64,000 nucleotides of DNA, from NCBI GenBank assembly GCA_020137815.1, contig CM035361.1:3534001-3598000 (forward strand), read 5' to 3'. Position numbers and translations under genes: made by a program. Under the pieces are notes generated by a model. That model was given only the letters and a program-made list of their open reading frames with translations, searched no databases and was not told the origin of the DNA. Origin of the DNA: Hormiphora californensis (taxonomy: Eukaryota; Animalia; Ctenophora). Positions 53,701 through 64,000 of the stretch are shown one piece after another (the first letter of the stretch is position 1; the number at the start of each line of letters is the position of its first letter).

Positions 53701-54239
53701 AGACATCGGCAAAAGAACATTTAGGGTACTATCCACTGTGTTGCAGTATACCCAGAGGTATAAACTGGTAGCACGATATCAGCTGTTTTGATGTATAAAA
53801 TACAACGTTAGACAACCTCCTCTTTGAAAATATATGTATAATAATGTACATTGTATATTGTAAAACAAGATGTTTACTTAACTGCAATCTGCATGTAATG
53901 AATGATAACCCGTGTCCAAACTTATTAATACAAGTTGTACAAGTGCAGTGGCTATACCATGTATACAAGTACATACCTTGCATACAAGTGCAGTAGTTAT
54001 AATACAAGTACACAATACGTCACGACATGGCAGCAAAACAAGTCTTGAGGTACATTAGAATACACTGTACATTAGAATTATACAATGTACACAAAATGAC
54101 AGTCAATAAGTACATTGAAATACACAGTTGATCAATTAATAGTCGGGTTGAATATACGACTGACAGCTTCCTTCCATGATATATGAAATCTACTACAGTC
54201 AGACCCCGATTTAGTGGCATCCTCGGGGGGAAATCCTGC

Positions 54240-54540
54240 CACTAAATCGGGGTGCCACTAAATCGGGGTGCCACTAAACCGGGGTGCCACTAAATCGGGG
54301 TGCCACTAAATCGGGGTGCCACTAAATCGGGGTGCCACTAAATCGGGGGCAACTAAATCGGGGTGCCACTAAACCGGGGTGCCACTAAATCGGGGTGCCA
54401 CTAAATCGGGGTGCCACTAAATCGGGGTGCCACTAAATCGGGGGCAACTAAATCGGGGTGCAACTAAATCGGGGTGCCACTAAATCGGGGTGCCACTAAA
54501 TCGGGGTGCCACTAAATCGGGGTGCAACTAAATCGGGGTC
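54240..54540. repeat. Tandem 17-bp array (gtgccactaaatcgggg)n inside a MITE
   Basis: About 17 contiguous units with no spacers; the unit matches the MITE subterminal motif. Confidence 0.92.
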
Positions 54541-56146
54541 CGACTGCAGTACTAATTCAATAGTTGACCCTAGTAGCGATGACATACCTCATAAATCTAT
54601 CATAGTGGATATGCAATTTACCTGGTTTAGATTTGGGGGATCTCCTGGAGGTGTCAGGTAGGGTGGAACCGATAGAACTGGATGTCAGCGCCCTCTTCAT
54701 TATCAATTAGACACCAATCGGCAAGGACACCAATTACTTTCACCAAGTATTATAATTACAAATCAATTGTAATTGATTTGTTCTAACATTTGTAAAGTAC
54801 AGGGCAAGGCTAGGATTCAGTTGAAGCTGTGTAGCGTGGTAACAAGACAGACAGGAATCTCAGGAGAGAGAAAAAGAGAGAGATACAGAGAGAGAGAGAG
54901 AAAGTTTGTGTGTGTAAAATGTGTAAACTATCAAAAGTGCGACATATATAATTGTGTATTGTGAAGAGTTGGCAGCCCTAGAATCTAGCTATAGGTATCT
55001 AAGGGCCTAGATATTTATCATAGCTATAAGCTAGCAAGCTTGGTAATGAAATGACGGGACGAGCTGTACTTGTCTGGCGGCACCAGACCCCCCGATTTGA
55101 TTCTCAAATTAATATGAGCGGGGGTCCACGGCGCTGCAGTACAACATAAATGGCAACAAACGAACTATTAAAATGTGTGTTGGATATTATAGAGGGAGAG
55201 GGGGGGGGGGTGTGTGTTTAGACTAAATTAGACTACGATCTGTAATTAAATGAATGGTGCACTCTATGTGTGGAATTTGTGAATTTCCCTAGCAACCTAA
55301 GCATTTAGGTTTCTAGGGAAATTAAAAATGTCCGAATATCACACATGTCACATTTGAAAAAGGTGGAGATCATGGATCTACTGCATCGCTCCAACGTGGC
55401 AGTAATAGATCTGCAAAGTGGGATGTCGAGTTGGACCCTTGGGAGCCACAAATAGCCCTAAGATCTCAGGTCTCGAAGGGATAATTAGCCATGACCTGAA
55501 ACTGATATTCATGCATGACTGTTTTTCCCCCAAGGGTATTACCCCCTTATTTAAACCGACGGCTACCAAGCCTAAAATGCAGTAACTGCAAATTGCCAAT
55601 TACCCTATATCTATTGAGGGTTTATCATAACTATTTAGGGGTGCTAACATTTTTCTTCGTCCATCTTTATCAATAATGCTAGGTATGGTGGTGTCATATA
55701 ATCAGCAACCGACAGAATCAGGAAATACTGGTCCCTGATTGGGTCATAACCAGTCACGTGACCTAAATAATGAGTTCTGATTGGTTGTTTACTTGTGTTG
55801 GTCGGTCGCGGTCGGTTCCTGCATATAATCGATATAAACCTGGGTTTATATGTAGCGCTGTTTTTGATCCTTGTCAAGTCAGCCAAGCTATGATTGGTAG
55901 GGGCTCTCTTGAGAGACTCGAAAGAGACATATGCTGCAGAGAGATCAGTACCGAAAAGGGATATCAGCACCCCGACATTGTACTTTTCCAGGTCGCTTTG
56001 CTTTGCTTTGCTACCTCTATACATAAACGTTCTCTCCCGATTCCCGATTCCCCAAACAATCTTCAAACAAAGGTCAGCTGAGTCCCATTAGCTCTCTCTA
56101 TCTCTACAACTGCACTGCCTGACTTCAGTCTGCTCTCCCTTCCCCT

Positions 56147-56293
<147 letters not shown>

Positions 56294-57313
56294 CCTCTCT
56301 CTCTCTCTGTATCTCTTCAACGTTGCCGATTCAGTCTGCTCTCCCTCTCTTCAATTCCAATTTCCTCTCCTTGAGCTAGACTCTGTTCTGCAGTACTGAT
56401 CGTTGCCTTCTCCCATTGGCTGTCACGTGAGGAACACGCGGCTTTTTTCTAGCACTACATTGGCTGAGACGTTATAGCGATGGTTTTTGTCTCGCAACGC
56501 CCTGTACTGCAGAACAACAAGCTAAATCTAGTGTTCCCCTGCCTGGATGATCTTTGTAGCTGAGTTCCCTTCCTTTGGGAGAAAACAGTTGTGCCTGAAC
56601 CTGAGCTATTTTCCAGTAGACTGATACCTGAGATCTCGGGTTTCAGTGCAGCAGACGGATATTCCCTAAGATTTAAGGGAATAGCCGTCACTGAAACCTG
56701 AGATCTCAGGTCTCAGTGGAAAATGGCCGTGGCCTGAAAATCAGACTCAGGCACGACTGTTTCCCCCTTTGTAACGCTAAGTAAAGCGCTTTCGATCGAT
56801 TATAAACACTAAACAGCGCTATATAATTTGCTATGTCTTGGAAAATCAGCTTCAAAGCGCCACAAAAACAACTTTGAAAGCGATAGAGCTTTTGAGTTTT
56901 GATTTTAAAGTAAGAGTGGTGCGCCGTTAGCGGACCGCCGTGTTTTCTCACAAAACTTAGTGGATGGAGTACCAGCAAGACCATTGCTACGGTATCGAAA
57001 ATTTCTAATTCTGTCTTGTTCATTAGACATGGCGTAATATGTTCATTATTTTAACTTTCATAAAATTGCTCTACAGAAAAATCTGTGCGCTCTGGATTGG
57101 AATGGATGCACTTCCATTGTTTTCCTCAAAATAGAGCAATTTTATGAAAGTTAAAATAATGAAAATATTACGTCATAACTAATGAGCGAGAGCGATGCCC
57201 GAAAATTTTTGAAGTCATTTTGGCTAAAATCGCAGCCCCCCCCCTCCCCGGGTACCAATAACTCCCTAACACCCTCTTTTATAGTGATATATGTGATATA
57301 TGTGAGTGTTGAA

Positions 57314-59309
57314 ATGATACGCCTCCTTCTCTTCACAGCTGCATTGTGTGGAACAGTTGTTCTCACTGCAGGTTTGTCATATAATTTCACACAATACACA
57401 TAATATATGATTATTGATTGACTGCCGCGTTTTGCTTGACCACAAAGCGGTTCTCAAAGAAGGACTTGAACTTGAAGCGGTCTCTCACTACTATAGTAGT
57501 ATACTACTGTCTTGCAGATGGTAACAACTGTGATATTGAAAAGTTAGATGAAAAGAGTTACAATACGACAGCCATGGAAGTAAATGAAGACCCATTGGAT
57601 AATAAAAGTAATACAAGATTTTCATCTTAACAAGAATTATTTCATTATGTTCTAACATATAACGCTGAATTCACCCGGGCAGAGAAAAATATAGTGTAAA
57701 ATGTTACATTGTTACATACTCTCTTTCTAGATCTTTCGATCTATCTCTAAAAACCCTTACTGTCTAATTGCTCTCACCATGAACTGTACATAATATTTTC
57801 TAGCTGTCGTTAATCGTGAGAGCAATAGAAGAAAACTTTACTATATTTTTAGAACAAACTAACTATCAGGTAAATCATTCAACATTATATGTACCTGATG
57901 CCGAGACAAGCATTCTACCAAAGATAGATGGTTCTACAATAACGGAAGTGATATGTACTAATTATGGTGGAAGCAGTAAAACATGGGATTGGAGCAGTAT
58001 TACACCGGACTCTTGGACAATGGCGCTGGCGGAGTGTGAAGCAGGTAAGTACTGTATGTAAGTACGGTATGTGAGTCATCACATACCTGTCAATCCCGGG
58101 TCGCGGACTCTAAGTCTAACGGACTCCAGGTCTAAAAAAAGGCGGACTCTAAGTCTAAAACGGACTCTAAGTCTAACTTTAGACTTTAGACATAGAATCC
58201 GGAAATTTTTAGATTTAGCACAATTTTTTAGACATTGAGTCCCCCCTGTGTTAGACTTGGTAGACATAGAGTCCCCCATACTCAGGCGTTAGACAAGGAG
58301 TCCCCGGATTCTAGGTCTAAATCCTAATCCCAACCCTAAATCTAACCCTAATAATACCCTAACCTCGACCCCAAACAACAACCCTAACCATTCTGGACCG
58401 GTTAGGGAGCACAGCGAGCTCTCGTTTCCGGCCTAACGGCTGGAAACGATCGCTCGCAATCTATACGATTTTAGACTTAGCTACTATATACCGATATTTT
58501 TTAGACTTAACATCCCCTTGTTTTAGACTTAGTAGACATAGAGTCCTCCTATTTTAGACTTGTTAGACATAGAGTCCTCCTGTCATCATCCCTGTATTTT
58601 GAGAAAAAAGCGGACTCTAAGTATTATATTTAGAGTCCGATTAGACTTAGGCGTTAGACCTAGCGTCCGTCTCCCGTCAATTCCTTATGTTTATGTTAGT
58701 TGTGCTAGTTAGTTTTGTCAGTTAAGTTACTATACTTTTATTAAATTTAATAATGAGATATTTATTTGATAACACCTGATACAGCCATTTGATTTAAAAT
58801 TCTATGTCTAGACCACGACACAAACAAAAAGTTTTTAGCCTGATTAGTATACAATTTGAAGGTTCTGGTTATTGTATTGGCGGAAAACAGTCGTGCCTGA
58901 ACCTCAGGTCCAGGCCACGGCTATTTTCCACTGAGACCTGAGATCTCAGGTTTCAGTGACGGCTATTCACTTAAATCTCAGGAAATAGCCGTCACTGAAA
59001 CCTGAGATCTCAGTGGAAAATAGCCGTGCACTTGACCTGAGGTTCAGGCACGACTGTTTTTCCCCCATTGCGTGTTTATCATCTTAAAATTATCACCTTA
59101 AAATTATAATGAACTCAAATCAATTATAATCCATTCAGCTGAGTGCCCTGCTTTTACTGTTGAGGGATCAACACAAGAAAACTGGGCTGCTTCACCAGTA
59201 GGGACAACTGTGACGATCGAATGTGCTGCCAACTATATCCTTGTGGGGAATGATACATTGACTTGTGGCGATGATGAATCATGGTCAAGTGGTGTACCTT
59301 ATTGCTTCG
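57314..59309 (+). CDS. Secreted protein with signal peptide and sushi/CCP domain (3' end not identified)
   Basis: Phase-consistent exons 57314-57371 (MIRLLLFTAALCGTVVLTA), 57518-57579, 57804-58044, 59139-59309 (ECPAFTVEGSTQENWAASPVGTTVTIECAANYILVGNDTLTCGDDESWSSGVPYC). Confidence 0.72.
58085..58680. mobile_element. Non-autonomous element with repeated ggactctaagtctaa submotifs and an (aaccct)n-like tract
   Basis: Internal direct and inverted submotifs plus a telomere-like patch at 58320-58390; similar architecture at ~27110-27330 and 29930-30170. Confidence 0.5.
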
Positions 59310-60480
59310 GTATGTTGATTTATAAGTGATAAACGATTCTCCTTGACACATCGGGTGAAAACAGTCGTACCTGAACCTCAGGTTCAGGCCACGGCTATTT
59401 TCAACTGAGACATGAGATCCCAGGTTTCAGTGATGGTTATTCCCTTATCTCAGGGAGTAGCCGTCACTGAAACCTGGGATCTCTCATCTCAGGTCTCAGT
59501 AGAAAATAGCCGTAGCCTGAACAGTGTTTATATTATTTTTGTTAGTTGTGTTAGTTGTGTTAGTTAGTTGTGTTAGTTAGTTGTGTTAGTTAGTTGTGTT
59601 AGTTAGTTGTGTTAGTTAGTTGTGTTAGTTAGTTGTGTCAGTTACTACTTTTATTCAAATAACTTAGATATTTATTTGATAACGCCAGAACGCCTGATAC
59701 CAGTCGGCAGCCTTTTAAAATTCCAGACGTACTACGTCTAGACCACGACACAAACAACGCGTTATAAAATTAGTATAAAATTTGAAGATTCTGGTTTGTG
59801 TGTACTTTCATTTGAAGGTAGCTCAGTTTTTGTGTAGCTCAGTTTTGTGTAGCTCAGTCTGCCTTGCCGAGGAAACGAACTGGACTACAATTCAACTACA
59901 ACTTGTCTCAAGACAAGACTGCTGGGAAAGGGAGCTGTACAAAACAATTTTCGAAATTATAGGGTGGTAGGGTGGCCGTACAGCTCAACAAACAAAGTCT
60001 CACGAATATATTGAGATTCCGATTCATAGATGTTCGAGATCTGAGATCCCGAGGAGAGGACTGCAGTAGATGATGTTCCAGATCCCAAGAAGAGGATGTT
60101 CCAAATCAAGATGAAAGGAATAGATGACTAGGAATATGATCGCTTGCCATGGGCCCATTTTGTTGAGAAATGGGCCCATTTTGTTGAGAAATAGGCCCAT
60201 TTTGTTGAGCGCGTTAATGGCCGTAAATGCGCCCATTTTTTATCAGAAATGACAGCGCGACCTATATGTAGTTCCCATGAAAGCTTTAGTGGCGATTACC
60301 AAAGTGTAGTCTTTGCCCTTGACTGTCATTTTTAAGGGTTTTCCGGAAAATCATTGCAGAACAAAGTTTTATTTTGGAAACTAGATAAACTTTATGAATG
60401 AAACATGGCAATAAACATCTTTAATAATATCAAATATTAATCGAAGTCAGTGTTCTCAAAACAATCATTTAATTTTCATC

Positions 60481-63400
60481 CTATTTTTTATTGCAGCAGT
60501 GCATGTTGCAGGCACGGCACCACTTAGCTCCGGACACACTCCTGAAAAGTATATTGTAATTACAGTGTATATAAGCAGACGTGGGTTGGAAAATTCAAAA
60601 AACGTTACACGAATTATTACAGGGGTATTTACAGACCGTTAACTTCTGAATTAACAAAACAAACATAGTTTGCTAAGCATGCCGATGTTGGCCGCCATCC
60701 CCCCGTCTGATGAAAAGTATAACAGATCTAATCAATTTATCTAATCAATTATTCATTAAATTATTCATTAAATTATTACCCACCTGATACTATCGTAAAA
60801 GAGTGTCATACAGCTGATTCCAATTGGAAGTCCCACCATTGTTATGGAGAGGAGTTTAGGTAGTTCGTCGTTCAGTAACATGACAATATCACCAAACCCG
60901 ATAGTGGTAAATCTAATCGCCTGGGGGGGGGGGGGGGGTGTGTTATCATAATAGAACCTTGTAATTAGTACGCCTATTAAAATGATCCACAACAGTTGTA
61001 CTATCTATCAGGAACCGACCGAATCAGGGAATACTGGTCCCTGATTGGCTGATAACCAGTCACGTGATCTAAATAACGAGTTCTGATTGGTCGGTTCCTG
61101 CTATTTATACCTGCCAATAGAGCATTTCGAGTAGTGATGGATTCATGTGATTCTCCTCCCAGTCCCTCTCTTCAGGGTACACAACCCACAAGTGCATACC
61201 TAATTAGTTAATTAATTAGTTAGGTTGTTAATAAATTAGTTGATTAATTAGTTAGGTGGTTAATTAGATATTTGATTTATTAACTAGTTATTAAATTGGT
61301 TTGTTCATTCATGATTGGTTGATAAACATATTGGCTAAAAGGTTTTACCTGTATATATTGCCAGTCCGATTGTGCAGAGGAATGTTTTGAAAAGGGACAA
61401 CCGAACTATCGAATCAACTATCCACTTCCATTGAGTCAACTGAAATGAAACATGCGATGAAACAAATGAAAGTGCTTGTCAGCGCTAATAAATTCCGTAC
61501 TTTGAATTTCAGGAACCGACCGAAACAACTAAACAACCAATCAAAACTCGTTATTTAGGTCACGTGACTGGTTACCAGCCAATCAGGGACCAGTATTTCC
61601 TGATGACGTCATCACTAACCCGAGATATACAAATTATAACGTCATCGATTGAGGTTTTGATGTAGTCAGTAACATATGTGAGGTATGCAAGATAGATTGG
61701 GATTCCAAATAAACCATAAATCATGGTGAGATATTTAGCAATGTCAGTGTGAGGGTAAACCAAACCATAACCTGAAAAATAGCTTAATTATCCCAATTAA
61801 TTGACATAGGTAGCTAATTAAGGGTACACCGACCGAAATTTTTTGTCGAGTGCAGGGCAATCTCTCACCGTAGGGTTGTAGGCCATGCCAAGGAGACCTC
61901 AAATATGCAATTTGAGCTCTCAAGTCGAATTCATATTTTTGCTACAGCTGTTTAAAAAATGTCCTGTAAATTCGTTTTTGGCATCTCAAAAAATTTTTTT
62001 TAAAGATAGGAGCATGAAAATTTGGGGATTTGAAGAGGACATTAAGGTGAATAACCACAAAAAATTTTTTTGCAATCCGAGCTGATTTCCGGTCCTGAGA
62101 TGGATTTCTTTTTTTCCACTTTAACGCCCTATTTGGCAAAGTTCCGAAAACATGTGAAAGCTGTAAATTGGTGAAAAGTTGCGTCTAACGATTATCTAAG
62201 TGGCCATAAATTTTGGGCGTATCCTTATTTGAGATAAGCTGTACAGAGTTTTTTTGTGAAAGCCGTCATTTCAGAAATAAATAAATTCCCTGTATCTCAA
62301 AAACGGCTGATCGTAGAGACCTGAGACTATGCTTAAACGATTCAGAAGGTCCGATTTTGGGGGGGTCTTCTGAGAGACATTTTGTTCCTACTTCAACCGT
62401 TTTTGCTGTAACTGCGAAAAACAAATTCTATGAAAAGGGCAAAAGCTAAACTCCAATATCCTGTAATTAGGGAATTTTGGCTAGGAAAGGACCGAAACGA
62501 TGGAAAAATGTGTAACAAGCTAATTCCTTCACTATTTGGTCCATATGGGTCCCTATAATCACCAAAAACAAAATCACAAAAAATCCACGATGGCGAAGAT
62601 GAATTTTTGTTTTTCGCAATTACAGCAAAAACGGTTGAAGTAGGAACAAAATGTCTCTCAGAAGACCCCCCCAAAATCGGACCTTCTGAATCGTTTAAGC
62701 ATAGTCTCAGGTCTCTACGATCAGCCGTTTTTGAGATACAGGGAATTTATTTATTTCTGAAATGACGGCTTTCACAAAAAAAAACTCTGTACAGCTTATC
62801 TCAAATAAGGATACGCCCAAAATTTAAGGCCACTTAGATAATCGTTAGACGCAACTTTTCACCAATTTACAGCTTTCACATGTTTTCGGAACTTTGCCAA
62901 ATAGGGCGTTAAAGTGGAAAAAAAGAAATCCATCTCAGGACCGGAAATCAGCTCGGATTGCAAAAAAATTTTTTGTGGTTATTCACCTTCATGTCCTCTT
63001 CAAATCCCCAAATTTTCATGCTCCTATCTTTAAAAAAATTTTTTTGAGATGCCAAAAACGAATTTACAGGCCATTTTTTAAACAGCTGTAGCAAAAATAT
63101 GAATTCGACTTGAGAGCTCAAATTGCATATTTGAGGTCTCCTTGGCATGGCCTACAACCCTACGGTGAGAGATTGCCCTGCACTCGACAAAAAATTTCGG
63201 TCGGTGTACCCTTAATTGACTAATAATTGATGTTGTTAGCTATAAATAATTAAGAAGTATATCATGATATGTACAATCGATCATCTAAATTTAAATCAAT
63301 TGTATGTAATTTAATTGTATGTAATTGTATGTAATTTAACTGTAATTTAGTTGTTAATTAATTTGTTATTTAATTATAATCTAACTGAAATTAAATTGTT

Positions 63401-63912
63401 TCTTAATTACCAAGTGTTGTTATGATTGTGTTACAGTACTGGAAGCTTCCCCAAAATACCCAATCGTTTCCAACTCGATCATTGTTCTTTCGACACATCT
63501 TAAAATTGGTGGGGGTGGGGGCTGGGGTGGGGTGGTGGGAGTGGGGTGGCTGGGTTTGGGGTGATGTGGTGGATAGAGGCGATGTGGTGGGTAGGGGTGG
63601 GGTGGTGGGGGGTGGGTGGTGGGGTTGGGTGGTGGGTGTGGGCCGTGGGTGGTGGGGGTGGGGTGGGGTGGTGGGAGTGGGGTGGTGGGGAGGGGCAGGG
63701 TGGTTGGGAGGAGGGCTTCCGGGGTTGGGGTTCTTTCGAAGCATCTGAAAATGGGTAGGGGTCTGCTATTTATCCTGTAGCAGAAATATTTTAAATCTTC
63801 TTACATTGCCTTGAAGCTTAAGAAGGTCTGTTAGAAGAGGGTATGGTTCATCGAGATGGGTTTCAAAATGACGCAAGTTTTTGTACGCTTCTGCATTACT
63901 CTCTTGATTCCC
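60481..63912 (-). CDS. Two-pore-domain (K2P/KCNK-like) potassium channel, 5' end outside the window
   Basis: Exons 63805-63912, 63411-63498 (W.FWGSFQYCNTIITTLG), 61620-61771 (YGLVYP..YGLFGIP), 61349-61439, 61111-61199, 60780-60920 (FTTIGFGD), possibly ~60633-60706, and 60481-60541. Two selectivity filters, TLGYG and TIGFG. Confidence 0.9.
61009..61100. mobile_element. Complete short hAT-like MITE
   Basis: TIR CAGGAACCGACC/GGTCGGTTCCTG; 8-bp TSD ctat(c/t)tat. Confidence 0.82.
61822..63211. mobile_element. 1.39-kb foldback Kolobok-like non-autonomous element, copy 2
   Basis: Same family as 45511-46901; TTAA TSD (61818-21, 63212-15). Confidence 0.9.
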
Positions 63913-64000
63913 CTGTTTAGTTATAGAAAGAACATGTTGTCAAAAAGAGTTATCATACAAATGTTATCCAATATGTTTATTCAATATCATAATTTGGGGA

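Noticed and set aside
54240-54540. Regular short repeat array resembling CRISPR
   Set aside because: 17-bp units are contiguous with no unique spacers, lie inside a MITE, and the context is eukaryotic with no cas genes.

Overview
Eukaryotic (metazoan) genomic DNA, intron-rich and repeat-dense. The repeat families and one protein domain resemble those I recall from Pleurobrachia-type ctenophores; this is an inference and has not been checked. Genes reconstructed by hand from GT-AG exons: intronless TMEM241/SLC35-like transporter (2459-3331 +); ARID4/RBBP1-like chromatin factor (3700-18742 +, breaking off in the chromo-barrel before an LTR cluster); an internal fragment of a gene made of alternating ~140-aa uncharacterised domain and sushi exons (26267-31812 -); a near-complete TRPA1-like channel (36192-50714 -); a secreted sushi protein (57314-59309 +); and a two-pore K+ channel (60481-63912 -, 5' end outside the window). 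Mobile DNA: a gag-protease-only LTR element, a second LTR, a Naiad-type Penelope-like element forming a 1.5-kb palindrome with hammerhead ribozymes, a tRNA-SINE, a non-autonomous Helitron, and many near-palindromic non-autonomous DNA transposons (Kolobok-, Mutator-, Harbinger-, mariner- and hAT-like). Most notable patterns: (1) repeated tandem duplication of splice junctions in nearly every multi-exon gene; (2) arm-to-arm concerted substitutions in long foldback elements; (3) several dispersed minimal hammerhead motifs, two within inverted-duplicated retro-insertions; (4) a PBS complementary to a whole tRNA T-arm. Several segments look like noisy assembly, so frameshifts there are unreliable.
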